Source: Vicugna vicugna
Taxonomy: Eukaryota
Reading direction: 5' to 3'
NCBI GenBank assembly: GCA_013265495.1
Contig: MU058444.1
Coordinates: 1,674,001-1,738,000, forward strand
DNA length: 64,000 nt
The first letter of the stretch is position 1, and every line of letters begins with the position of its first letter. The notes under the pieces are model-generated. The model searched no databases and was not told where the DNA came from. It saw only the letters and a program-made list of their open reading frames with translations. The position numbers and the translations under genes are program-made. This document shows positions 28,501 to 43,500 of this stretch, piece by piece.

Positions 28501-31500
28501 GGGACAATTATGAGTAATTATATGCCAACAAATGGGACAAACTAGAAGGAATAGATACATTCCTAGAAACAAATCATCTACCAAGACTGAATTAAGAAGA
28601 AATTGAAAGCCTGAACAGACTGATGACAAATAAGGGAGATTATATACTTAACAGAAGAAGAGAGAATGCATCCAAACTCATTTTATGAGTCTGGTATCAC
28701 CTTGACACTAAAACCAGACAAGACTCCACAAGAAAAGAAGACTACAGGGCAGCATCCTTGATGATCAAACGTGCAAAAATTCCCAACAAATATTAGCAAG
28801 CTGAATCCAATGACACATTAAAAGAACCATACATTGTGATCAAGTGGGATTTATCCCTGGGAAGCAAAAATGGTTCAGAATATGCAAATCAATGTGATAC
28901 ACCACATTAATAGAATGAAGATAAAAATCACATGGTCACCTCAAAAGATGCAGAAAAAGCATTTGACAGAGTTCAGCACCATTTCACGATAAAAACTCTC
29001 AACAAACTAGGGACAGAAGAAGCTTATCTCAACACAATGAAGGCCACAGATACATGAAAAGCCCACAGCTAGCATCATAGTCAGTGGTGAAAAGCTGACG
29101 GATTTCCCTCTAAGATCAGGAACAAGGCAAGGATGCCCACTGTCACTACTTCCATTCATAAAAGCATCAAAAGTCATAGTAGGAATAAACTAAAGCAAAA
29201 AGGTGAAAGATTGTACACTGAAAACTGCAAAACACTGATGAAAGAAATTAAAGACACAAATAAATGGAATGACATCTCTAGTTCATGGATTGGAAAACTT
29301 TTATTGTTAAAATGTTTATACTACCACAAATAATTTACAGACTCAATGTAATTCCTACCAAAATCCCAATGGCATTTTTAAAATAAATAAAAAAGGAATC
29401 CTATGTTCAATTATTAAACCAAAAGCACAAATGACAAAAGGTAAAGTGGACAAGAGGGTTTATATCACATTGAAAAGCTTCTGCACAACAAAGGAAACCA
29501 TCAACACAAGGAAAAGACAAATATGTGCATGTATGTGCATGACCGGGACATTGTGCTGTGCACCAGAAATTGATACATTGTACCTGACTGTACTTCGAAA
29601 GCAAGCAAGCAAGAAAGAAAGAAAGAAAAAGAAAAGGAAAGGAAAAGAAAACATACAGAAAGGAAGAAAATATTGGCAGCCATATATCTGATAAAGGATT
29701 AATATACAAAATATATAAGGAATTCCTACAATCCAATGGAAAAGAAAAAACCCAAATAACCCATTTAAAAATGGGCAATGGAACTGAACAGTCATTTCTC
29801 CAAGAAGTCATACAAATGACCAACAAGTATATGATGCACTCAACATTACTAATCATCAGGGAAATGCAAATCTACACCACAGTGAGATATCACTTCTTAC
29901 ATGTGAGGGGCTTTGGCAAAAAAAAAAAAAATGTTGTTGAGAATTTGGAGAAATTGGAACTCTTGTACACTGTTGTAAGAATAAAAATTGGCGCAGCCAC
30001 GATGGAAAACAGTACGGAGTCTCCTTAAAGAATTAAAAAAAGAACTATCATATCATCTGGCAATATCACTGCTGGGTATACACCAAAAGGAACAGAAATC
30101 TTGAAGAGATAGCTAAACTCCCATGCTGACCGTAGCTTTATTCACAACAGCCAAGACAGGAAAGAAACGTCAATGTCCATCGACAGATGAATGAATACAG
30201 AAAATGTGATACAGATATACATAAACACACACAAGAATTTTTCAGCCTCAAAAAAAAGAAGGAAATCTTGTCATTTTCTGCAACATGGATGAGCCTGGAG
30301 GACAGCTGCTCGCTCAGTGGAAGAAGCCAGATGCCCAATGACAAATATTACACGATCCCACTTCTAAAACAGCAAAACACACAGAAGCAGAGAATAGAAC
30401 GGCTGTTGTCAGGGGCTGGGGGAGGGGGAAACGGAAGTGTTGGTCAAGGGATATAATGATTCAATTATGCACAATGAATAAGTCCTACAGGTCTACTGTA
30501 CAGCTTAGTGTCTACAGATGACAATACTGTATTGTAAAATCTAAAGACAGTATAGTTAACAGGGTCAATCTTATGTTAAGTGTTCTTATCACAAAATCAT
30601 AAATAAATAAAGAGGGAGGAAGGAAATTTTCTGAGGTGACAGGTATGTTTATGACATTGATTGTGGAGATGGTTTCATGGCATGTACTTATGTACAAACT
30701 CCCTAAGTTGTATGCATTAAAATATGTACCACTTTTTGTGTGCCAATCATAGCTCAATAAAGGGAGGGTTTTTTCCTTGAAGCTCAAACAGGGATCTGAG
30801 AGCTATGTTCAAATTAAAAAAATAGGCAAATAAACCAATTCCGTATTGAACACTTCTTCTCTGCCAGATACTGCTTTATCTGACTCAGGCAAGTAACTTG
30901 GTTACCATAAGTAGGTAACAGTCACTCCATTTTTGAAATGGAGAAAACTGAGAGGTCAAAGAATTTGGCAAAGGACACACAGCTAGTTAGAAAAAGTCAC
31001 TGAGAGGTGGAAGTCCAACTCGGTTCTATTCTCTAAACTCTGCTACTCCAAAAAAAAAAGTCTAATCTCATTTCTTGGGACACATGGGCTTCTGAAAAGA
31101 GATGACAAAGGAACACTGAGTTTGATGAATGCCTAATTTGCAGGTAAGGAGAATAATCTGAGATCTCTAACGTCGACAGAATAGATTACAAACACCAGAA
31201 GCGTTTTATTCTCTTCTGTGTGTTCAGCGCCTAGTAAGTATCAATAAATATAAATCATCAGCAAACAAGTGGGAAATAAACTACCAAACCAGTGAAATAC
31301 ATCAACAACACATGACTGAGCTCTCAACAATGGGCCCCCATATTTTACCTTCGGGAAGCACTACCTGTTACCTTTAAGGAATCATTGATGTTTGGAAAAC
31401 TTCCATAACCCTTAAGTTAAAAAAAAATAGACAATTTTTGCAAAGGAAGAGAAAACAACTATAGATCAAGAAAATCTGGATTGAATTTCTGAGCAAGTTT

Positions 31501-34500
31501 GGCCTTCAGAGCGCTGCCCTTTAGGAAACATGATGACATCTCTAATGTCATCCAATGCTTGACCAAGTGGCCTCACTGGCTGATGGATCACACAGAGCCT
31601 CTCCTTGGGGATCCAAAAAGAACTTACAGCAGGACAGTGATGCGGACTGTTGGCTCATTCCAGATGCACTGACTTGAATACATATATATACCCAATGTCC
31701 TTTGATTTGATAAGCCATTTCTATTTGATAATTGACCCCAAAGTGTTTCTTCATGTAAGAATAAGATGGTGTTCGCCCACCATCATAAGGGAATGTATCT
31801 TTGAGTTTTCAGGACTGGGGAATGCTGGGCACTGTGCTTTAATTCCTCCGTACTCATAGCACAAACGTTGTCAGGGTTAAGGGTTCAGCCCCCTACCCTC
31901 TGGAAAAAATCTGAATCCCTTGGGAGACAGAGCTAAGTTCCACTGCCTCCAACCCACCAAACCAACCCATCTGAATGGCTCATCAAACAAACTCAACTTT
32001 CTGATATCCTGGGATTTTATTTCTCACACAGCACAATAGACTCAAAATAAATTTGGGATAATTTTTCTATTACTCTAAAACAATTTTTAGGTCATTAATT
32101 TTATACCAGACTCACATGTAGAGAAGTCTAATATCTGTACATTTTTCTCCTGTTCACTCACAAGTTACAGCAATCTTTTTTTTTTTTTGTAAATACCTTG
32201 AAACCGGGGCTACCCATTAGTCCATCCTTCCCATGTCTTCCTGGTTCTCCCTGAAAAAAAAAAAATACATGGATATTAATATATTTTAGTCCTAACTTTT
32301 CTTTTTAGAGGAAGATAGTATAGGATAAATTTTATGTAAAGTAAAACACTTAAGAACTTTTTCTATCAAACTCACAGCACGTCCAGGAAGGCCAGGAAAA
32401 CCATCACTCCCCTTTTCACCTTTGGCTCCCTGTATTCAAAACAAACACTTAACAACAACCCTTATAGTAATGTCTTAAAATTCCAACTCACACGTAAACA
32501 GGAAAGTAAGCCAACTTCCCTACGTAGTGAAAGAGCTCAGGGAACTACAGAACTTGTGTTGGCCCGGCAGCTTTGGGGAAAGCACTATCTTTTTTACACC
32601 ACAAGACATTGAGAGTAAGATGGATGCAGAACTGTGACAAGCATCTCAACACAGAAACCACATCTGGGCAAAATTAATGAGCGATGCAAATCTTAAATAC
32701 AGAAAGAACATTAATTCCCCTTCAACGTGAAGAAACAATTCTCAGCAGACACGTTCAAAGACTCTCTCTCTCTCTGTAAATATTTTTAAAGTTCAGAAGG
32801 ATCAGTCACACAAAGTATTCTTATAGAACCCCATGCATGACAGGTACCAGTTATTTTTCCATTTTTTCATTGTTCTGAATAAATCCCCTGAGAAAGGTGA
32901 ACAAAGCTATTGCTGCAACAGTGGGCTGGGACTGAAATTCAAATTTTCTATTTCCATTACACGGAAGGTTCAATATGGATACTCTGTTTTGTGATCTATA
33001 CTTCCCTTTTTTCCATAAAATCCAGGTAATCCTTTATCTCCTTTGGGGCCCATTTCACCCTAAAAGACAAAAGATATATCCTGAATTTTAGAGGAAGGTG
33101 AGTATTTCTCTTACATATTAAAGAAAAAATACACCACCAATTATAAACAACAGAGTTTAATAGGCCAATATCAAAATAAAATAAAGTTTCCTTACAAACT
33201 TGAAAAGTCCCTATTTTCCAGGCTTTACAAAGAAAAGCAAGGACATTTGTTTCTATAACGGAGGCTTATACTATAAGGCTTATAGTTAAGAGAATTTATA
33301 TATATAGTGAAACTTGCTAATCAAATTTTAAAATCTGTAAGATTTATGAAAACTTTAGAGGAAATCTGTAAAAAGCTTTATGTAAACTATGATATTCATC
33401 TTAACCCAATCATTTACTTTATTTTAATTCATTTATGAGCATTTATTTATAACACATTTGTCACATAAAGGACTTTCAATTCGCAATAAAATACGGCATT
33501 GCTCAATTTAAAAAAGAATGGATTTCTCCAACCTTTGATCCTGGCATTCCATGAAGCCCAGGAAAGCCAGGAAGCCCACGGTCACCCTGAAAATAAAACC
33601 GAAATTAATTAAAGGAAACACATGTCAGCCTAAAAAAAAAAATCAATGTATATTCTTCAACCTCATTCTTGTCGAAATCTATTGGAAAAAAATCTGCAAA
33701 CAGTTAAAGGCACAACTATATTAAAACCCTATCTCTAAAAAAAACAAGTTTCTTCTGTAGAGCACAGGGAACTATATTCAGTATCTTGTCATAACCTTTA
33801 ATGAAAAAGAATATGAAAGTGAATATATGTATGTTTATGTACGACCGGGACATGATGCTGCACACCAGAAACTGACACACTGCAACTGACCATACTTCAA
33901 TTAAAGGAAAAAAACCCTAGGTCTATGAAAAACTAATCCTCCTTTGTCCAGATTTCACTTATGATCAGAGACGGGAAGTATCTGGGGCCAAGAGAATCTC
34001 ATCAGCAATCCTGACCCCACCCTTAGAGAGTAGTCACCCATTCTAAAAATATTCAGGCTCTTACAGTGCTAAGACAGAGGAGTTAAGAGGAATGATTGAG
34101 TGCCAACACTCTGGAGAGACCCATCCTCTGAGGTCCTGTCCAGCTCAGTAAGGACAGACCCTGAGCTGAAAGTCTCAAAACATTCTAGGAGTTTTGTTTT
34201 GTTTTTTTTGTTTTGTTTTGTTTTGTTTTGTTTTGTTTTGTTTCCAATTGCTGATTTCAGGAAATGACTCATGGTAGGTATCTATTCAGATGTGTCTACG
34301 CGGATGAACGTCCATGGTGATCTCCGAAAGAGGAGAGAGAAATCACAACAGCTTGGCATTCAGTGGACATAGTTTTAAGACTTATTTCTGTGGGAAATAC
34401 TGGGTGCAGCTGTCTTAGCTTCAAAATCTTAATTGTCAAGACACAGTTCAGAAAAGACCAATGGCCAGCACAGCACGATTTGGGTCCATTCCCTCTTATT

Positions 34501-37500
34501 TAGGCAAATTAAGACACTACATACAAACAATTCATGATATTCTTAGTTTGTCTGGTATGGGGAGAGGAGGCTGTGACTATTTACCTGATTGATGAAATTC
34601 TTTAAAATCTTAATTTTCATGAAGGTTGTCGATTAACGTGTTTTAAAGAGTGACATAGTTATTCAAGGCACAGAACCCTTTAGAGGCAACTCTTCTTACT
34701 CTGACTTTTCATCTCTCTGAGTTCAAATCGCCAAACCACGTGGTTACCACATTTTCAGTTCCCAGTCCTATCTACTGCTCATCATGAAAGATGAAAGACA
34801 AGAATTAATCTCTCACGCCACCAACACCGTCTCCCTATCTCCATTTCTAAGAAGCACAAATCCCTCAAACCTTCCATCACAGCTCTGGTTACATCAGTAG
34901 TCAGTATTTATGATAATAAGAGTCACAGCTAACTCATAGCCATGCTGACAGCTTGCCTTTTCCTGCCCAAATGCTTGTTTTTCTTACAGTTAAAAATAGC
35001 CTGATTTTTTTTTTGGTGGTGGTGGGGATTGACTGCTTAATTTCCTATAAATTTGCTGCACTATCAAACCTCAAACTATCTCCAACTGTCAAAATCTCTT
35101 CTAAATATATATACTGAAACTTTCATATTCTTTAACATGTCCAGAGCCTCCTCATTTGTTCCAGCACAGACTTTGTTGTTCTGTCTGTGTTTATTCCCTT
35201 GGAATTCATGAGACACAACTTTCTTAAACCTTCAGTTTCGGGAAGTGTGTTTATACTAATCACGCATATAATTGATCATTTGCATATGCCAGTATAGTTT
35301 GGAATTTTCTTCCTTCAGACCTTCGAAAGCTCTGCTCCAGTCCCTTCTTGATTTCAGTGGCACCAGTGAGATGTTTGAAGCCTTTCTGATTCTGGTATCT
35401 AGTATGAGGAATGAGGAATATTTTTTTGGCTGCTGCTGGTGGTGGTGGTGGCTGTAGCATTTTCCTCTCAAAGAATCTTTTGTTTACAGTGTCTCAGACT
35501 TTTAAAATGTTAAGCACTGGTGTGGTCTACACTATCCATGATGTCAGGCGTGGTCTACACTATCCACGATACCAGCTGTGGTCTACAGCATCCACGATAC
35601 CAGGCGTGGTCTACAACAATCATGATGCCAGGCATGGTCTACACTACCCATGATGTCAGGTATGGTCTACACTATCCATGATGTCAGGCGTGGTCTACAC
35701 TATCCATGATGTCAGGCGTGGTCTACACTATCCATGATGTCAGGCGTGGTCTACACTATCCATGATGTCAGGCGTGGTCTACACTATCCATGATGTCAGG
35801 CGTGGTCTACACTATCCATGATGTCAGGCGTGGTCTACACTATCCATGATGTCAGGCGTGGTCTACACTATCCATGATGTCAGGCGTGGTCTACACTATC
35901 CATGATGTCAGGCGTGGTCTACACTATCCATGATGTCAGGCGTGGTCTACACTATCCATGATGTCAGGCGTGGTCTACACTATCCATGATGTCAGGCGTG
36001 GTCTACACTATCCATGATGTCAGGCGTGGTCTACACTATCCATGATGTCAGGCGTGGTCTACACTATCCATGATGTCAGGCGTGGTCTACACTATCCATG
36101 ATGTCAGGCGTGGTCTACACTATCCATGATGTCAGGCGTGGTCTACACTATCCATGATGTCAGGCGTGGTCTACACTATCCATGATGTCAGGCGTGGTCT
36201 ACACTATCCATGATGTCAGGCGTGGTCTACACTATCCATGATGTCAGGCGTGGTCTACACTATCCATGATGTCAGGCGTGGTCTACACTATCCATGATGT
36301 CAGGCGTGGTCTACACTATCCATGATGTCAGGCGTGGTCTACACTATCCATGATGTCAGGCGTGGTCTACACTATCCATGATGTCAGGCGTGGTCTACAC
36401 TATCCATGATGTCAGGCGTGGTCTACACTATCCATGATGTCAGGCGTGGTCTACACTACCCATGATCCCAGGCGTGGTCTACACTACCCATGATGCCAGG
36501 CGTGGTCTACACTACCCATGATGTCAGGCACTGTGGAAGACTTTCATCCACAGGGACCTCAGCTTGTACATGTGGGCTCAGACCACATATCCCAGCCCCA
36601 TCCACACGTCACATAAACAAGCTTCCCTCAGTCACCTCCAAGCACGTAGACAGACACACAACTGTGCTGGAAGGCCCTCAGGAGAACAGGGACAGAGAAG
36701 AGGCCTGCAGACCCTGGGAATGGGACTGGGGTGATTTCTGCAGGCAGTGCCAGGGCCCAGGAGTGTGGTCTACATGGGGTCACGGGCTACACGTGTGCCT
36801 CTAGGCTGGCCCTGCGGCCCCATCACTCCCCACGGAGAAGCACAGCTGAAGCGGGGTTGTCAGGGATTCTGCTTCTCTGAGGGCATTAATGGCTAAGTTT
36901 TCTCAAGTCTTCCTCTCCAAGCCTTGTATCAGTTACTTCTAAGATTTTTTGTTGATCTTTAACTCTCCTAAGATATTTGATGGTTCCTGATTATCAGCTC
37001 ATTGGAAGCTGACGATAAGCTCCCGGTGAGGACTGTTCATTGACTAGCTTCACTACAATACGGTCTGGTTGGGTCATTTCACTGGAGACCTCTGAGCATC
37101 AGTGAATTCCCCACAGTACAAAAGAATTTTAGTAGTATTCCATCAAGTTTCAAGATCAAAATAAAAAGAAAGATAAAGCCTACTCTTGAGCAGGAAAACT
37201 CAGCATTGAAATTATGTCAGTGTTTTTAAAAGTAGTCCATAAACTCAAAGGAATCCTAATTAAAACGTATATAGGAATTTCTAAAAAATTGAAGAAACAA
37301 TACTGAGCTCTATCTGGAAAAATAAGCATGCAAGAATGGCCAGGAAAATTTTGATCATAAAGAATACTGAGCAAGGACCAGGCCTGCCAATATTAAATCA
37401 TATTATGAAGTGACAATAATTAAATAATTTGGCAGTGGGGAAGATGTAGACAGATAAATGGAACAGAATGGAAAGCCAAAAACACCAGATCCAAATGAAA

Positions 37501-40500
37501 ATGGAAATTTAGTGATAATGATGGCTTTTCAAATACATGGAGAAAAAAATGAAATTTCACAAACCCTGTTGTAGCAACTGGCTATCCTTTAGAAAAAGAA
37601 AGGGAAAAATACAAATGCTCATCTAACTACTCCAAATATCAAATATTTTAAGGTTAAAATATAAAATAATAAAAATTATAAAAATAAAATCATGAATAAT
37701 TATATTCAAAATATTCACATTGAACTTTCCTATACAGAAACAAACATAGGAGAAAAAAAAACTTTATATATATAAAAATACATATAAATTTTCTATATGG
37801 CTAAAATTCTAAAAACCAGATCAAAACACATAATATAAGCCAAGAAAAAATATTTTCACACAATTTATGACATGCATATAAAAAAAACAATTTTTAAAAA
37901 GATGAACAGCCCAGTAGGAAAAAAAAATGGGTATGAATAAAAAGGAAACTACAGAGAAGTAAGAATATTTCCAAAAACCACATGACAAGGTACTTTACCT
38001 TATTTACTAATAAAGAATTGCAAATCAAACCAGTAGCATTTTCAAGTTACATCGCTGAAAATTAGAAACGTTCATGAAATTCAGTGCTAATAAAAGTCTG
38101 AGGAAAGATATTTCCACACAGTTATTGCGGGAGCACAAGCTTTCTGAGAGGTAAACAGGCAATTTTCATCAAAGTTTAATTAGAAATTTAACCCATTGAT
38201 TCTATAATCAATTCCACTTCTGGGAAATTTTCCTATGGACACGCTCAGAAAAATGTACTGAGAAATATATAAAAATATGTTCATTACAGTCTTGTTAATA
38301 ACACACACACACACACACACACACAGACAGTAAGGAACCACAACATCCCTAAGTTAACAATTTCTTAAATTGGGTAAGAACCCCTATCATCTGTAACTGT
38401 GATTAACTTTCTGTTTCTAGTTCCTTCCAGGAGACCTTTTTGAATTTTCAACTTCCCTCTAAACTCCTAGAGAGTTTTACTCAACTCTCTTCTTTGGCAC
38501 TTAACATACAGTTACTTTGTATGTGTTATGTGCTTGATTAGATCCTAACATCTCTGACAAAAGAAATCCATTCCGATTCATTCCTATTTTGTCACAGATA
38601 CGATCACTATTTATTAAGTGCCCAGATTCTCTCTACGTCCAAGCATATGGGGGCATCACACTTTTCCAACTCTGGACATTGCTGTGGTTTACAAATTTTG
38701 CTCTGGCTAATTAAAGGTGAATGGAAGTGGTTTCAGGGCCCCTGTTTGATTCTCTGGGCACCTGCTACCATGATTAGTTATAACCTAGACAGTGAAACTT
38801 TCTGAGTGGACAGTGGAGGACCCCTTACCGCTGCTAATTAGCATGTAGTTTTATAAGCAAGAACCGTTTTTGTGTTAAGGCACAGGCATTTGGGATTTGT
38901 TTGTTACTGCAGCAAAACCTGCTCTCTTCTAGCTGATGTCTTGCTTGTGATTTGTGATAATTTACTGAATATACAAAATATTTTCATTTTCTAAAATATG
39001 ATCAACACTCTTGAGTCCTCCAAGAAAATTCCAAAAAAATAATTACTTCAGGGAATCACACTCTTGGTTCCATCTGAGTTGACAAGAGATTAGAATCAAT
39101 AAGAACCCACGATTTACAGTAAAATGGTTCCATTTTCTACAGGTTGCCTCCAAAGCTTTCATGAGGGATGAACATGCCTTCTTTGATGTGCCTGTCCATC
39201 TCACAAATTGATCCAGACTCCCAGTCTCCAAAGCGAAGTCGAGATTATGTATTTGAGTACCAATAGAATATGAAAACTAAATTTTTTATTAAAGTATAGT
39301 TGATTTACAATGTTGTGTTAGTTTCAGGTGCACAGCAAAGTGATCCAGTTACACACACATACATATATTTTCTTTTTCAGGTTCTTTTCCATTATAGGTT
39401 ATTACAAGATATTGAATATTGTTCCCTTGTGCTCCACGGTAGTTCCCTGTTGTACATTTGAAAACTAATATTTTTAAAAATCTTTCTTTTAAAATTCCTC
39501 GATATGTGTCTGTTTTCAGTGCACACTGGCTTTGTTCACTAGCACAGTGTATACTTCATACGTATATATGGGACTATATTCCCCAAAGCCTTCCACTGGA
39601 AAGGTTTTGCAGCTTAAAATTAAGTTGGATGATCTGTGATCCAGACAGAACTCTCTCTCCTCCTCCTTTGAGAAAGCTTTTTTCTTTCTTTCTTAAAACC
39701 TCTACTTTTGAGACATGACAGAAAAATCTCACAGGTGCACATGGAAAAGTAAGACCATGAGCCTTCTCTCTCCTGGCATTTCACCTTGAAAGCGAGTCCG
39801 CAAGTCCGCCCCTTATTCAAAGTGGGGAAGTATATCAATGTGGCATGACACGCCACCGGTGTAGGTTTTCTTTCATCTATTTCAGCAATGTTTTGTAATT
39901 TTCAGTGTCCATTACACATGGACACTTCATGCATATTAACCAGAGAGCGGGTAGAGTATAGGTGCAGACACAGCCAAGAGGGTAAATGTAGCTGCAAGAG
40001 GTCTAGGGAACGCCTGTCAGATCGCTTCAGATGCGGCACTTCAGCATTTAGGGAAACGATGAAGGATAAACTAAAGGTATTGCCAAAACGGTGGCCTTAG
40101 GGAATCAGCAGGATGGCGGTCCCAAGAAGCAAATCGTCAATGTCGTCATCATCCCCTTCACCGTCACTAATCTGGTGTTGAATTTTGGCCATTCACAGGC
40201 ACGGCCTTATGGAGTCTTCACAACAAGGCTACGAGGAGATGCTTAGGAGCCTCACTTTCTAGATTTTGAAAACCACATTTAAAGGGATTAAGAATATATG
40301 AAAATAAATATATGTATGTATATGCATGACAGGGACATCGTGCTGTACACCAGAAATTGACACACTGTAACTGACTATACTTCAATCATAAATAAATAAA
40401 TGAATAAATAAATAATTTTAAAAAAGAGATTAAGAAGCATGACTAGGAGGTTTAAGCAGTCTGAACTCAGAGCACAGCCTGGAACCCGTAACTGCATTAA

Positions 40501-43500
40501 GCCTCCTCACCCTGCAACACACGCAGACAGAGACACACACACACACACAGACGTACACCTGTGTCTGGGCCATGGTGCCATCAGAGAGCATCATGGGAAG
40601 ATCACTCTCCCTATTTGAGAAAGAAGGAAAAATAGTGGCCACTTTACCAAGCCAGTTCCATTTCTCCCTCTTAGGTTGCTCTTGGCTTTGTGTTAATTTT
40701 AAAAAAAAATTTGTGTGTCTTCAGATACACTGCAAGAAGAAAAGCCACTAATATGCTAAATGTTAACGTATCCGCCCCAAACAACCCTCATGCTTGGTCC
40801 TTTATTACTGTTGTTTCAGCACATATACTGGAGTTCCTGGAGTCTGACCGACTACATGACAGATATCCTGCAATACCACTTCATTGTTTGTCTTTCAAAG
40901 CGCAGGTCACGGGGCTTGTCCACATAAGAAAAGCTGACACGCAGCACAGGATGTTCAGGGACCGATGCTGAGAGCCACGGAACAATGAGGTCCTCAAAGG
41001 ACAACCCAGACGCTCAGTGCTCTAACGAAGAAACCATACAGAACGCATCATTTGTTCCATAGTGAAACCTCAGGGAGAATTAATAGATTTTATGTCTTAA
41101 GCCCAGAAAAACCAAGTGATGAGTTTGTACAAGGCCTGGCTAAATTGGAACATAAATTACTAGATAAACAACAAGATCCGATGCTATCGCACAGGGAACT
41201 ATATTCAATACCTTGTAATGGCCTCTAATGGAAAAGGAATGAAAAGGAATATATGTATAAATGTATAAATGAGTCACTATGCTGTACACCAGAAATTAAC
41301 ACAGCATTGTAAATCAACTATACTTCAATAAAAAACATAAATTATTAATATTTCCTGTTTCCCCAGAATACTCAATGAGAAAACCCGTAAATACGTATCA
41401 GTTAACCAACACAGCCTAATGTAAGTCTTAACAAAATATATTTCTCCACACAATTTAAACATACAAGCTGAGGAAGTGTTTGGAAGTACTTAAAGTATTT
41501 CTTAGCGAAGTACTTAAAGTATTTCTTAGCGTCCAAAGAATAGCCTTAAGGCATGTTATAAAATGAGTAACCAACTGAAGACCATTTGGCGGGTAAGAGC
41601 TCCTTTTAATTTTGTAAATTCGGGGTGGGGGACCCCTGCAAAATCTATACACATTCTGTTGTCTGAGGAACAAATGTCACAGTCAGCAAGAAAGTGCATG
41701 TCATTTTAATTATCTTAAGTGGAAATTCCTACTATGGGAGTTTTCGGAGGAAATCCACAAGATGGAAATTTATTCTGGGAAAATATCCTAACAGAAAACA
41801 CACTGTGTGGAACAGTCCCCAAAGGCTATGGTGCGGTGCCCGGAAAAAGTGCCCTGAGCTCCCACAAGTCAAGACCATCGCTGGGGTGTGTTTTCCTCTT
41901 TTCTGAAAGTTAAGAAACTACATGATGGAGGAAGAACCAAAGAAAAGGCTTAACTTACTCACAAAGGGACTGTAGACCTGGATAGAGAATTCCCTGCAGC
42001 CACGTGGAGTGGGGGGAGGGGACTCAGACAGCAGCACGTGGTGACTTTGCCCCCACAGGGACTGCATCAACCAGAGCTTACGCCCCGACAACGGACTGTA
42101 GGAAACAGCTCTGAACGAAATCAGCACTGGACTGACAAGAGAGAACTTGACATAAACATAGACCTTACGCACCCTATCTGAGTCCACAGAAGCACGGCTT
42201 TGTAAAATTCACACACTTCTCTTTTCAAGGCAGCGCAACGACCCATCACGACAGAGCTGTTAAAGACGCAGCAGACACATTACGGCTCTTCATTTTTAAA
42301 TGAGATATTTTACTCCAACTCTTTTATAAGATGAACAAATAAAAAGCCTCCTTTTTATCTTTGGTCTCTAAAACCCAAGTAATGACAAAAAAATAAATTA
42401 AGATATTCATTCATCCATTCCTAAGTATATTCACTCAAACATACATACACTTATATACCCCCTCCACCTCTGAATCAGGCAATTTGTGAGGATGTTAAAG
42501 AAACAGCTTACGTGAGAAAGACCCTGTACCAGGGGCCAAACTAAGTATTCTTCATACATCACCGCATTTAATCCTTACCACAAATCTATAAAGAAATCCC
42601 CATTGTCTCAATGAAGAAAATAAGATTCAAAGACATGAAGTAACGTGCCCAAGATCAAAACCCTTAAAAGCAGCCCAGCCATCATGAGATCTGCCAGAGG
42701 TCCATCCAGAGACGGTACTGTAGCTGCTACAATTTTTTGCAACTAGCGTGAGCAACCATAAAAACGTACAATGGATGGAGTCCACATCTGTGTTTCTCAG
42801 TTGTGAGTGCTGGGCACGCTATTTTAAAAAAGGCAATAATTTTGCCAGAATGGTAGCTAGAAAATTCACATCATTTTTTTTTAATCAGCAAACAGAATGC
42901 TTTCAGAGAATTTAGAAATAAGATTGAGCTTTACGGATCAAGCTAACCAATCACCATGGAGATCCGAGTAAATTCAACTGGGCATCTTGGAGGTGGACCA
43001 GCTGCCTGTACTCATGACTGAATCCACGTGGAGGGACTGACATAATGAACATATTTACCGAACATTGTACTTCAGTAGGAAGCTTGGCAAATCTCAGAGT
43101 TGTAGAAAAAGGAAGTTAGCAATATAAGTGTTGTCTGAACCCACTGAACCCCTAGGAGAGAAAGAAGTCCAGTAAGGCTGAGACAGGTTCCCACTGTGGC
43201 GATGGACACGTGGGTACCAGGCTAGCCCACTGGCTAACCGGGGAATACATCCCATTCACCTAACTCTCTCTCCTTTAAAGGGGGAGCTTCCTATACGGCT
43301 TAACCACGGAGAGAGAACATGGTACCAGGGCAATGTCAATCCCTGTCCCATTTGACAGTGGGCATCTAGTGACAACCACTTCGATCTAGTGATAACAGTC
43401 TTCCGGGAGCTTGACTGGCCTGAGCCCACATCTTGGAATTCACCAAGGTGAGCACTGTGCAGTGGGTGTCGCCCTAGATCGTGTCCTTCGACTGTGAGTG

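Noticed and set aside
31372..31410. Possible 39-nt in-frame cryptic exon on the minus strand (ttttaacttaag|GGTTAT...TTAAAG|gtaaca; [13 protein letters not shown])
   Set aside because: It is not Gly-X-Y, the flanking exons already join to give the expected peptide, and such site pairs are common by chance. RNA-seq junction reads would be needed.
35517..36529. 28-bp repeats of CRISPR-repeat size
   Set aside because: Units are head to tail with no unique spacers, there are no cas genes, and the context is a mammalian intron. It is a minisatellite.
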